64,000 nt of DNA from Carpediemonas membranifera BICM (Eukaryota > Protista > Fornicata), in assembly GCA_019828565.1 (NCBI GenBank), contig JAHDYR010000067.1, forward strand, positions 650,244 to 714,243, in the 5' to 3' direction. The notes under the pieces were generated by a model that worked only from the letters and a program-made list of their open reading frames with translations, searched no databases and was not told the DNA's origin. Positions within the stretch are counted from its first letter, which is position 1. Each line of letters starts with the position of its first letter. Below are positions 22,102 through 32,309 of the stretch, piece after piece. The position numbers and the translations under genes were made by a program.

Positions 22102-22363
22102 TCAATGCGTCCGGATATGACTAAATAGCATCCCTTATGATGTGTAGAGCATGATGTGCAGTCTATATACGCTGGGATAGAAGGACCGAGGGTGAACTCA
22201 ACTCTGATCTCGTCAGCAGCTCGCAGCAAGGACCAAAAAAAAGGGCCATGCTCTATACCCAGGCGCATTAGTTCAGCAGGCACCCTGGTACAACCGTGAT
22301 CGCACTTTTCGGGAGAATTTCTGGCGGCTCGACTGCATGCTACAGTCATAGCATTATCAAACC

Positions 22364-24541
22364 ATGGTTTTCCTTCGGCGGCGCGCCAATGCGCCAGAAA
22401 CCGAAGTTCTTCTCGATGATACCAATCCTATTGACACTCATCCTGAAGAACACCAAGACGAAGCAGAAGCGAAGTCGAAACCCATTGTTGTAATGAAACC
22501 GAAAAACGGTGTCATCCGCATGGTCAGAGTCGTTCTTGCCTTCATCTTCAAGCGCATTGGAGGCTCCTTCATGATCGTATTCTTCGTGTACAACCTCTTT
22601 TTCACCATGGTCGGCCTAATCCCGTATCGACAGGTCAAGGGCCCAAGGATTCCCGTCATAAGCTGCCTGGCACGCCTCAGACGTAGCATGCCTAAGGACA
22701 AGGGCACGGAGACTGTGAAGACTCCCATCGTTGAGAGCGAGACGCAGGCACACGTCGAGCCCGTCGAAACTTGCTGTGACGAGACGCAAGTCGAATCCGA
22801 GGAGGAGGAAGAGACCGACGAGGCGGTCCTTGAGCCCATAGCCGAGCCCGAGCCCATCGGCACCTGCTCCCAGACTCTCGCCACCCTCTTTACCACGGGC
22901 CTCTTCGCTGACTCGGCCATCATCACCGGCCCCGACGAAACCGACGTTGTGCCCATCCACCGCGCCATCATCGCTGCCCAATCAGCCACCATGCAGGCCC
23001 TGTTCAACGCAACCACGGAGCCCATTGACCTCTCTCTCCTCTTCATGCCTGAGACTTGTGCCCAAGCAAAGATCATCGTCGAGTCCTTCTACACTGGAAC
23101 CAAGGTCGACCTTGACACCACCCTGCCCGAGATCGACCGGCTAGCCATGATGTTTGACGTCGTGGTTGATACTGACGAATCCGACTCTGAATCCGAGTCA
23201 GAGGAGTCTCCCGCAGTTTTTGACCCGACCGCGGACTCGGCCGAAAGAGCAGCCAAGATCGTCGAGGCGTACGTTGCCGCCTTCCAGGACCGCCAGAACC
23301 GCGAAGAACGCCGCAAGAAGCTCCGCAACTACGCCGCCCAGGAGATCCTTTCCACCGAGCGCACCTACGTGAATGACATTGCCTTCCTCGTCAACCAGCT
23401 CATCCCTGAGTGGCGTAAGCGCTCTTCTAACTTCCCCGAGAGCGTCCGCAACCCCGACGAGCTCATGCCGGCCATTGCTTCCATCCACATGGCCAACGCT
23501 AATCTGCTCGATTCCCTCGAAAAGCTCCTCGGCGCCTCCTTTGACAACGACACCACCCGTATTGGCCGGGAATTCATCTCGCTGGCGCCTTACTTCAAGA
23601 TGTACAAGTCATACGCCGCTGCTTACGAAAACACCAACCAGGCCGTGATGAAAGCTCGCAGCTCTTCGCAGAAGTTCGGAAAGTTCATGAAAGACATCAG
23701 CGCGATGGAGGGCAGCAAGAATCTCGACCTGATTTCCTTTGTAATCATGCCGATCCAGCGAATCCCAAGATACGTTATGCTGCTCGAGGAGCTACTCAAG
23801 CGCACTCTCCCCACCCACCCTGACTTCGAGGACCTCAAGGAGGCCATCGCCAAGAGCCGCGAGGTCGCCCAGGTCGTCAACAAGACCATCGAGACCGAGT
23901 CCAAGTCCGGCGAGGCGACTCGCCATGCAGTCGATTCTATGAACCGTCTCTCGATCAGCGGGAACAAGAACGACATGATGAGCGCAGTCCTGCAGCCCCA
24001 CCGGAAGCTTGTGAACGAGACCGAGCTTGCTGACCACACTGCTGGCAAGGCTCGGCGGGACCGTCACGTGATGCTGTTCAGCGACATCCTGATCATCTCC
24101 CGCCTGAAGAAAAACAAGACGGCTGTGATGAAGCATATCATGCCTCTCTGCATCACTTTTGTCGACATGTCGAAGGCAGACGAGGGTCAGGTTAGTATCT
24201 ACTCGCCCGATCAGCACCACACGTTCAGAGACGAGGACGGGGCCATGGGCGAGGCCAGTGCCGTCGTGCAGTGGGGCATCAAGGTCCAAAACTGCATCGA
24301 CGAGATGATCCGCCGCATGCCCGCCCTTTCTGACGAGAGAGAGCGCCTCGACGCGGTCATCCAGCAGCCTACCCCGACGTACATGACTGATCTCAGCCTG
24401 AACATCACGTTCCAACCCCAGAGCCCTGGCCAGACATCGCCCAAGCCGCACGGCCCACTTTCTGTGATGTTTGATGACACGAACTGGGTGCGGGTGGTCT
24501 CGACTCTGACTCCTGAAATTGAGAGGCGGGTTGAGGGGTAA
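22364..24541 (+). CDS. BTB plus RhoGEF (DH-PH) protein
   Basis: BTB motif PIHRAIIAAQS; DH motifs EILSTERTYV and IMPIQRIPRYVMLLEELLK; PH motif RHVMLFSDILI. Confidence 0.9.
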   Translation: MVFLRRRANAPETEVLLDDTNPIDTHPEEHQDEAEAKSKPIVVMKPKNGVIRMVRVVLAFIFKRIGGSFMIVFFVYNLFFTMVGLIPYRQVKGPRIPVISCLARLRRSMPKDKGTETVKTPIVESETQAHVEPVETCCDETQVESEEEEETDEAVLEPIAEPEPIGTCSQTLATLFTTGLFADSAIITGPDETDVVPIHRAIIAAQSATMQALFNATTEPIDLSLLFMPETCAQAKIIVESFYTGTKVDLDTTLPEIDRLAMMFDVVVDTDESDSESESEESPAVFDPTADSAERAAKIVEAYVAAFQDRQNREERRKKLRNYAAQEILSTERTYVNDIAFLVNQLIPEWRKRSSNFPESVRNPDELMPAIASIHMANANLLDSLEKLLGASFDNDTTRIGREFISLAPYFKMYKSYAAAYENTNQAVMKARSSSQKFGKFMKDISAMEGSKNLDLISFVIMPIQRIPRYVMLLEELLKRTLPTHPDFEDLKEAIAKSREVAQVVNKTIETESKSGEATRHAVDSMNRLSISGNKNDMMSAVLQPHRKLVNETELADHTAGKARRDRHVMLFSDILIISRLKKNKTAVMKHIMPLCITFVDMSKADEGQVSIYSPDQHHTFRDEDGAMGEASAVVQWGIKVQNCIDEMIRRMPALSDERERLDAVIQQPTPTYMTDLSLNITFQPQSPGQTSPKPHGPLSVMFDDTNWVRVVSTLTPEIERRVEG

Positions 24542-24928
24542 GAGGATGTTTTGTGATAAATATATTGGGATGGGTGGATGATGAGCATTTGGTCGCTGGC
24601 TCGACTGGCGTGTTGGGTGCTTCGTAGCATGTGTTTCTGGCAGATTTGTAACCACCGGCCAGTGGTTCAAGGTGGCGGGTGAGTCAGATGGGGTGGCTGG
24701 GGCCAACCCTCCCATGGGCCTCCGCCGCATGTCGTACAGGGGATCGTCATTGTGGGAACTACTCTACAGGACTGCACTCTCCATCGAGCGAGGTGCCAGC
24801 TGGCTCAGCTGCTGTGATGGTCATGCCTCTAAGTCAAGGTCATGCCTCACATCGCGACCTCCCAGCTGGCGTCGGCGGTCGGCGAGTCGGCAGTCAGAAT
24901 TTGGGCACCGAACTGAGCGCTGAAACCG

Positions 24929-26342
24929 ATGAGCAGCGTTATTTCCTCGCCAACATGCATCAAAGACACACTTATCTCCGCATATCGCGCCTCGCTCGAT
25001 CCTCACCAGCGGCCCCCCGCTGTCCATGAACGTCGAGCTCGCGGACGGCGAGGAGCTCCCGGTCGCCATGCACACGCTGAACCAGGGCGCGGTGTGGGCG
25101 TGTCTGCTGGGCGGCGGGGCCAACCCCGACCTCGAGGACAGGGTGCTGAAAGAGGCTCGAGAGAAGGAGCCAGATGATATTGAGACACACGACAAGATCA
25201 GCGACGCGTTCACCCCCGAGGACAAGTGCCTCTGGTTCCTCTGCCGCAAGTTCTTCTTCTCGCTGAACGTCGCCGAGAAGGACGGCGAGAGCTATCAGCG
25301 CCCTGTGCCCGACAGATGCTACCACCACCGCATGTACATGGGCCGACTCTTCATGCTCCGCACTGACTATCACGCCGCCCTCACCAGGGCCAGGATGCCC
25401 AGGGCCCTCGAGATCTACAGCAACGAGATCACACACATCGCCAGGACGCCCAAGGGCATGTGGGGCTGGGGCACTAGCGGACGTAGCCAGCTTGGGTTCC
25501 AGTCATTTGAGTTCAACGCCCCGACCCGCCTCACCTTCCCCGCCTGCCCCAAGGTCGCCGCGCTCGAGGCCAGCCTGCCCCCCTGGGAGAAGCACAGGAT
25601 GGTGACTGCTGTGTCGATATATGAATATCAGACGTTCATACTCACTCCGGTCGGCACTGTCATGGCGGGCAACAAGGCGAATTGGTTCACAGGCGAAGCC
25701 GATGAGGACAACAGAAAACTATTCAACCCAGTAGCAGTGCCGTCTGGCTTTGTCCCAGATCACATCATGCATGTGGGTCCGTTTAATGCAGCGACTGTCA
25801 TCCTCTCAATGTGTGATCGGCAGATGATCAGTGGGAGAAACGATTATGGCCAGCTGGGGCTCGGGCACGATGATGATATGACACGCTTCGTCGACCTGCC
25901 CTTCAGGGTCGACCGGATCATGATTTCGCAGACGAGTTATTTTAGCATCTTCCTCAGCGGCCGCCAGCTGCTGTTCGCTGGTCGAGTTCGCCCTCATATC
26001 GCCCAGTCGGGCCTGCTGCCTGGTTTCAGCGAACGCGACAAGTGCCTCACATCCACCCCGCTCTGGTTCCCAGAGAGGGTCAAGGGGTTCTGGGGTGAAT
26101 ATGATCGGATGGTCTGGGTGACCGAGGGTGTCACCCACTATTACGAGGATGAGAATCCAACTATGGTTCCAATTGAGGCGACAGCGGTCAACGGATACCC
26201 CCTCCGCTTCTGCGGCTCAACTGGCCAGTGGTTCAAGGTGGTGGGTGAGTCAGATGGGGTGGCTGAGCTGGTCGAGTGCGAGAAGCCCAAGTGTGAGCTC
26301 ACCCCGATTGACCTCGACCCTTGGGCCGAGGACGCTGAGTGA
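24929..26342 (+). pseudogene. RCC1-like family copy 4 with an out-of-frame ~200-bp 5' deletion (438-aa ORF remains from 25026)
   Basis: MSSVISSPTCIKDTLISAYRAS jumps directly to sequence about 200 bp downstream in the other copies; microhomology (CGCT) at the junction. Confidence 0.7.
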
Positions 26343-26711
26343 AGAGTGGACATAATCCGAGACGAACGTCACCATTTCAGTCGTGCGCCGTCCGCACTAG
26401 CATAATGGCAAGCAGTGATACTATAATGTAATCACCTCTGTTTCCAGTCCAAAATTTAGTCAGCCCTAATTAATCTCTTCGGTTTCATGGATATTCCTGG
26501 CTATGATCCCGGCGGCCCATGTCTGTGAAACTGATCGTCCAACCATTTTTTATCCTGCGCGCAGTTTTGACAAGCGACATCGTGACGTTTCCTAATTCGT
26601 CAAATGACACATCTTCAATTGTGACATTTTAACAGAAGCACAAAAACCAGCAACAATGCCACGAGAAGAGGAAGTTGCCTTATCTTCCCTTTTCAGCATC
26701 GCGATTCAAGT

Positions 26712-29700
26712 ATGTGTCCTTGTTTTCGCCTTCTTATGAAGCGAGAGAGCGATGAAGCAGCGATTGCGATCATTCAGCAAGCATCTGACATCAATTTCAA
26801 CCCCAATACCCCCGATAACGACGGCGATTACCCTCTAACGTACGCTACACTCAAAGGTCGCGTTGATGTCGTCCGCGAGCTCCTCACCATGCGTAACATC
26901 AAGCTTGAGGTCATGGATAGTGATGGTGATACCGCTTTGATCATCGCAGTCCTTAAGAACCACACTGAGATCACTAGAATGCTCATCAACGCAGGCGCAA
27001 GCATTAAGGCTGCCCGCAAGAAGGGCCGCATCACCCCTCTATTCCTTGTAGCCCGCAGCGGCAACAGCGAGATCGCCGGTGCTCTTCTGAACCACTCCAG
27101 CTGCAAGCGTTCCTACGTCAACGCCACCGGAAACCACGGCGAGGCCGACTCCGTCACCGCCGCCTTCATCGCTGCCGCCTTTGGCCACGCAGACGTCCTC
27201 CGCATGCTCAGCCACGCCGGCGCGGACCTCAACCTGTCTAACGCCAAGGGAGTCTCGCCCCTCGCCGCCGCAGCCACCACGGGCAAGGTCGAGTGCGTCC
27301 AGTTTTTGATCGAGGCGGGCGCTCGCCTCAACGACAAAGATGGAGACGGGGACACTCCCCTTCTTAGCGCCCTCGTAGCCAGCAAGGAGGACACCGCTCG
27401 AATCCTCGTCGAGCGGGGCGCTGACATCAACATCGCCCGCCGCAACAGCTCGGACCCCCTCTTCATCGCCGCACAGAAAGGCATGGTCAGTGTCATCGAG
27501 GCTCTCCTTCGTCGTCGGGAAGTCCGGATCGAGAACACGACTTCGAATGGCCAGACTGCACTTTTTGTCGCCTGTTTCAAGGGCCACGACGTCGCTGCCG
27601 AGCGACTCATCCGCGCTCGGGCGAACATCGAAGCTTCTGACAACGACGGCGACACGTGCTTGATGGCAGCCTGCTTCTGCGACAACGGCCGCCTCATCGA
27701 CTTGCTCCTGGACTCTGGTGCCAACCGCAATGCCCACCGCCCCAACGGCACGCATGCAGTCCACATTGCCACACAAAAGGGCAACATCGCCTCTCTCCAG
27801 GCCCTCATCCGCCACGGCGTGTCGACCGACACTCAGACGACGAAGGGTCGCACTCCTCTCTTCATGGCCGCCATCGAGGGCAACGCCAACGTCATCAGGG
27901 CCCTGATCAGCGCAGGGGCGGACGTGAACAGGACGGATTGCGACGGCGAGACCCCAATCAACCGGGCCGTACTCAACGGCAAGGTCGAGGCCGTCGCCGC
28001 TCTCGCCCAGGCAACCGGGGTCAATCTGGAGATTGCTGACAAATCTGGAGATACTCCTATTCTCAACGCATCGATGAAGAACAACACCGAGATGGCGCGC
28101 ATCCTCATCCAGGCGGGCGCTAACTGCTCCCGGGTGCGTGCCAATGGCTGCAGCGCCCTGTTCGTGGCCGCTGAGCACGATACGGTCGATATGGTCGAGC
28201 TCCTCGCCAGTACGAAGCCCGAGCTGATCGATCTGGTTGACAAGAAGGGCCGCTCGCCCCTGTTCGCCACGGCACTCTTCAACAAGGTCGACTCAGCTCT
28301 AGTCCTCCTCAAGCACCGCGCCGACCCGAACCTGACAACAGTGGAGAAGCGCACAGCCCTCATCGCCGCTGCTGTGGAGAACCATCATCGGATTGTGGAG
28401 CTTTTCATCAAGTTTGGGGCGAATCTTGACCTCAAGGACGGTGATGACGACTCAGCACTCATGGCCTGCTGCATCAACGGCCACACGGAGAGCGCCAGGC
28501 TCTTGATCAACGCTGGAGCAGACACCAACACCACCCGGAGCGGCGGTGAGAGCCCTACGTTCTTTGCCACGATCCGCGACCGCCACGAGATCCTCGGTCT
28601 GCTCATCAATGACCCCGCCACCGACATCGATAAGCCCGCCGTGAAGCAGCTGACTCCCCTCTTCTGGGCCTGCGCTACGGGCAAGACTACTGCTGCGATC
28701 GCTCTCATCAACGCCGGTTGCAACGTCGACTTCTCCGGAATGGGCGGATGCTGCATGACCACCGCCGCTATTGACGGCTTCGACCAAATCATCAGACGCC
28801 TTCTCGAGGCCGGGGCCAACGTTGACGGCGTCGACCAGGAGGGCGACACAGCCTTAATCTGCGCCGCCATGAAGAACCAAGCCTCTACAGTCCGCCTGCT
28901 CCTCGAGGGCGGGTGCAACATCAACGCCCGCCGCCGCAACGGGTCGACCGCCGCCTTTATCGCTGCCGAGAAGGGCGAGACTGAGATTCTCGAGATTTTG
29001 ATCGGTGCTGGAGCAGACACGTCGATCCCCAACGTCATCGGCATGCTCCCCAAGCACATTGCCAAGACGAACAACCACCCCGACTGCGTTCGTCTCATCA
29101 AGAACCCGAACCAGTGCCGCCGTCGCCTGGATGTGCGGGTCGGATCGATTCGTGGTCAGAGGCTTCCTCCACGCCAGATCGCCCCCCGTCGCCGCGAGCC
29201 GCTTGTGAGACCAGACCACCCCTCCTTCACCCCCTCTCCCGCTGCACTCGCGCCTCCGTCTACTTCCAACCCACCCAGCGCGCCCAACATGTATAGTCCT
29301 GTCAACCAGCAGCCAACCCCCCCGCAGTCGCACAGCCAGGGTCACAACTCCAACAACTCGATGGGCAGCAGCTTTGGCGGCTCGTCCGGCTCTCCCAGCT
29401 TCAACAACATGGATTTCATGCTGATCAAAGAATCGGACATCCACGTGGGCGAGAAGATCGGGGCTGGAGGCAACGCTGTGGTATTCAAGGGCACGTACCT
29501 GACGAACACACCCTGTGCTGTGAAGAAGTTCAGCATCGCGGGCATGCAGGAGAAGCAGCTCGAGACTTTCTTCAACGAGATGGCCGTCCATCGCATGCTC
29601 ACTCACCCCCATGTCGTGCAGTTTTTGGGATACGTCCGCACCGAGACCGAGCTTTGGCTCATCAGCCAGCTGGCAGACTGTAACCTTTCCGACTACGTCG

Positions 29701-30212
29701 CCACCGGCTACCACTCGATGAAGGAGAAGGTGAAGCTGGCTATGGATGTTGCGAGCGGTATGGAGTTCATCTACTCTCGAAACATTGTTCACCGCGACCT
29801 TAAGGGCCTTAACGTCCTCATGGTCAATGGAACCGCGAAGATCGCAGACTTTGGCACTAGCAAGATCAGCAACATTGTTCGCACAGCCACGGTTGGCGGC
29901 CAAATGACCCTGTTCTGGTCTGCCCCCGAGCGGTTCCGATACCAGTGGGTCGACGAGAAGAGTGACGTCTATTCCTTCGCCATGGTCATGTACGAGATCC
30001 TCACTGGCAAGGCTCCGTGGGCTGATGATCTCATTGGCGACACCGAGTCCTTCGTGCTTGGCGTGATTAACGGGAAGAGACCTAGCATACCCGGTGGAGT
30101 GAACAGCGAGTACAAGAAGCTCATGGAGCGGTGCTGGGCGGGCGAGGCGTCGGCCAGGCCTTCTTTTGGAGAGATTAGTGAGATTCTCACGCGTCTTGAG
30201 GGTCGAGTTTGA
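26712..30212 (+). CDS. Ankyrin-repeat plus TKL-family protein kinase (possible extra micro-exon from ATG 26656)
   Basis: More than 20 ankyrin repeats (G.TPL..A); kinase motifs GAGGNAVV, AVKK, HRDLKGLN, DFG, APE and DVYSF. Confidence 0.95.
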   Translation: MCPCFRLLMKRESDEAAIAIIQQASDINFNPNTPDNDGDYPLTYATLKGRVDVVRELLTMRNIKLEVMDSDGDTALIIAVLKNHTEITRMLINAGASIKAARKKGRITPLFLVARSGNSEIAGALLNHSSCKRSYVNATGNHGEADSVTAAFIAAAFGHADVLRMLSHAGADLNLSNAKGVSPLAAAATTGKVECVQFLIEAGARLNDKDGDGDTPLLSALVASKEDTARILVERGADINIARRNSSDPLFIAAQKGMVSVIEALLRRREVRIENTTSNGQTALFVACFKGHDVAAERLIRARANIEASDNDGDTCLMAACFCDNGRLIDLLLDSGANRNAHRPNGTHAVHIATQKGNIASLQALIRHGVSTDTQTTKGRTPLFMAAIEGNANVIRALISAGADVNRTDCDGETPINRAVLNGKVEAVAALAQATGVNLEIADKSGDTPILNASMKNNTEMARILIQAGANCSRVRANGCSALFVAAEHDTVDMVELLASTKPELIDLVDKKGRSPLFATALFNKVDSALVLLKHRADPNLTTVEKRTALIAAAVENHHRIVELFIKFGANLDLKDGDDDSALMACCINGHTESARLLINAGADTNTTRSGGESPTFFATIRDRHEILGLLINDPATDIDKPAVKQLTPLFWACATGKTTAAIALINAGCNVDFSGMGGCCMTTAAIDGFDQIIRRLLEAGANVDGVDQEGDTALICAAMKNQASTVRLLLEGGCNINARRRNGSTAAFIAAEKGETEILEILIGAGADTSIPNVIGMLPKHIAKTNNHPDCVRLIKNPNQCRRRLDVRVGSIRGQRLPPRQIAPRRREPLVRPDHPSFTPSPAALAPPSTSNPPSAPNMYSPVNQQPTPPQSHSQGHNSNNSMGSSFGGSSGSPSFNNMDFMLIKESDIHVGEKIGAGGNAVVFKGTYLTNTPCAVKKFSIAGMQEKQLETFFNEMAVHRMLTHPHVVQFLGYVRTETELWLISQLADCNLSDYVATGYHSMKEKVKLAMDVASGMEFIYSRNIVHRDLKGLNVLMVNGTAKIADFGTSKISNIVRTATVGGQMTLFWSAPERFRYQWVDEKSDVYSFAMVMYEILTGKAPWADDLIGDTESFVLGVINGKRPSIPGGVNSEYKKLMERCWAGEASARPSFGEISEILTRLEGRV

Positions 30213-30411
30213 TTTGAATTGTAAATATTGTAGATACTGAAACAACCTGTTTTTTTAGACGACACCTTTTGGGTTGACCCGGCTAAGTATCGAAAAGACT
30301 GAAAGGCAGCCATCATTGGCCTGGTTGGGTTTCTCTCATTTTCTGGAGTCTCGTTTGCACGCGGACAATAGCTAATTATCGTGCGCACGACTCTCGGATT
30401 ATGTCCACTCT

Positions 30412-32034
30412 TCACTCAGCGTCCTCGGCCCAAGGGTCGAGGTCAATCGGGGTGAGCTCACACTTGGGCTTCTCGCACTCGACCAGCTCAGCCACCGCAT
30501 CTGACTCACCCACCACCTTGAACCACTGGCCAGTTGAGCCGCAGAAGCGGATGGCTAATCCGTTGACCGCTGTCGCCTCAATTGGAACCATAGTTGGATT
30601 CTCATCCTCGTAATAGTGGGTGACACCCTCGGTCACCCAGACCATCCGATCATATTCACCCCAGAACCCCTTGACCCTCTCTGGGAACCAGAGCGGGGTG
30701 GATGTGAGGCACTTGTCGCGTTCGCTGAAACCAGGCAGCAGGCCCGACTGGGCGATATGAGGGCGAACTCGACCAGCGAACAGCAGCTGGCGGCCGCTGA
30801 GGAAGATGCTAAAATAACTCGTCTGCGAAATCATGATCCGGTCGACCCTGAAGGGCAGGTCGCCGAAGCGTGTCATATCATCATCGTGCCCGAGCCCCAG
30901 CTGGCCATAATCGTTTCTCCCACTGATCATCTGCCGATCACACATTGAGAGGATGACAGTCGCTGCATTAAACGGACCCACATGCATGATGTGATCTGGG
31001 ACAAAGCCAGACGGCACTGCTACTGGGGTGAACAGACGTCTATTGCCCCTCTCGGCTTCGCCTATGAACCAATTCGCCTTGTTGCCCGCCATGACAGTGC
31101 CGACCGGAGTGAGTATGAACGTCTGATATTCATATATCGACACATCAGTCACCATCCTGTGCTTCTCCCAGGGGGGCAGGCTGGCCTCGAGCGCGGCGAC
31201 CTTGGGGCAGGCGGGGAAGGTGAGGCGGGTCGGGTCGTTGAACTTAAATGACTGGAACCCAAGCTGGCTACGTCCGCTAGTGCCCCAGCCCCACATGCCC
31301 TTGGGCGTCCTGGCGATGTGGGTGATCTCGTTGCCGTAGACCTCGAGGGCCCTGGGCATCCTGGCCCTGGTGAGGGCGGCGTGATAGTCAGTGCGGAGCA
31401 TGAAGAGTCGGCCCATGTACATGCGGTGGTGGTAGCATCTGTCGGGCACAGGGCGCTGATAGCTCTCGCCGTCCTTCTCGGCGACGTTCAGCGAGAAGAA
31501 GAACTTGCGGCAGAGGAACCAGAGGCACTTGGCCTCGGGGGTGAACGCGTCGCTGATCTTGTCGTGTGTCTCAATATCATCTGGCTCCTTCTCTCGAGCC
31601 TCTTTCAGCACCCTGTCCTCGAGGTCGGGGTTGGCCCCGCCGCCCAGCAGACACGCCCACACCGCGCCCTGGTTCAGCGTGTGCATGGCGACCGGGAGCT
31701 CCTCGCCGTCCGCGAGCTCGACGTTCATGGACAGCGGGGGGCCGCTGGTGAGGATCGAGCGGGCGCGGTCGAGGAGGGCTTGCGCGGATGGCTCGAGAGG
31801 AGGGAGCTTGGAGAGCGCGGCGAGGAGGGATTCGAGAGAAGGGGCGCTGGTTGGTGTATAAGTGCTATCTGCTTTGTGAATCGAGGGCATCTGCTTCTTG
31901 AAGTGCCTGACGTAGGCGCATTGGATCAACGAGGGGATGTCCCCAGAGATGGAGGCCGTCACAACAAGCGAGGCGCGGAATGCGGTGATCAGCGCATCTC
32001 TGATGGCAGATGGCGAGGATCTAGTGCTGCTCAT
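30412..32034 (-). CDS. RCC1-like family copy 5 (intact, 540 aa)
   Basis: Full ORF with ISGRNDYGQLGLG; C-terminus identical to copy 4. Confidence 0.75.
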   Translation of the reverse strand: MSSTRSSPSAIRDALITAFRASLVVTASISGDIPSLIQCAYVRHFKKQMPSIHKADSTYTPTSAPSLESLLAALSKLPPLEPSAQALLDRARSILTSGPPLSMNVELADGEELPVAMHTLNQGAVWACLLGGGANPDLEDRVLKEAREKEPDDIETHDKISDAFTPEAKCLWFLCRKFFFSLNVAEKDGESYQRPVPDRCYHHRMYMGRLFMLRTDYHAALTRARMPRALEVYGNEITHIARTPKGMWGWGTSGRSQLGFQSFKFNDPTRLTFPACPKVAALEASLPPWEKHRMVTDVSIYEYQTFILTPVGTVMAGNKANWFIGEAERGNRRLFTPVAVPSGFVPDHIMHVGPFNAATVILSMCDRQMISGRNDYGQLGLGHDDDMTRFGDLPFRVDRIMISQTSYFSIFLSGRQLLFAGRVRPHIAQSGLLPGFSERDKCLTSTPLWFPERVKGFWGEYDRMVWVTEGVTHYYEDENPTMVPIEATAVNGLAIRFCGSTGQWFKVVGESDAVAELVECEKPKCELTPIDLDPWAEDAE

Positions 32035-32309
32035 TGGTTTCAGCGCTCAGTTCGGTGGTGCCCAAATTCTGACTGCCGACTCGCCGACCGCCGACGCCAG
32101 CTGCGAGACATGGCCTTGCAGCAAGCCAAGCCTCACCACAAACATACTTTATACATCCATCGATGACATGCAGCCACCCAGCCAACTCACCGACCCCGCA
32201 GCAGCTTCCGCTAGGCCTTCTCCTCCTCCGTCAGCCGGCCCCACGGTTTAAATAACACGCACCCTCGCCCCTTCCACGCTAATTAACATTTACATGCCCC
32301 ACTACAGCC

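Noticed and set aside
26656-26696. 23-nt intron extending the ankyrin kinase N-terminus
   Set aside because: It is in frame and plausible but shorter than the other introns and unsupported by homology, so it was not used for coordinates.
27039-30245. Long antisense ORFs over the ankyrin kinase (and similar ones over other genes)
   Set aside because: These are shadow ORFs caused by high GC3 codon bias.
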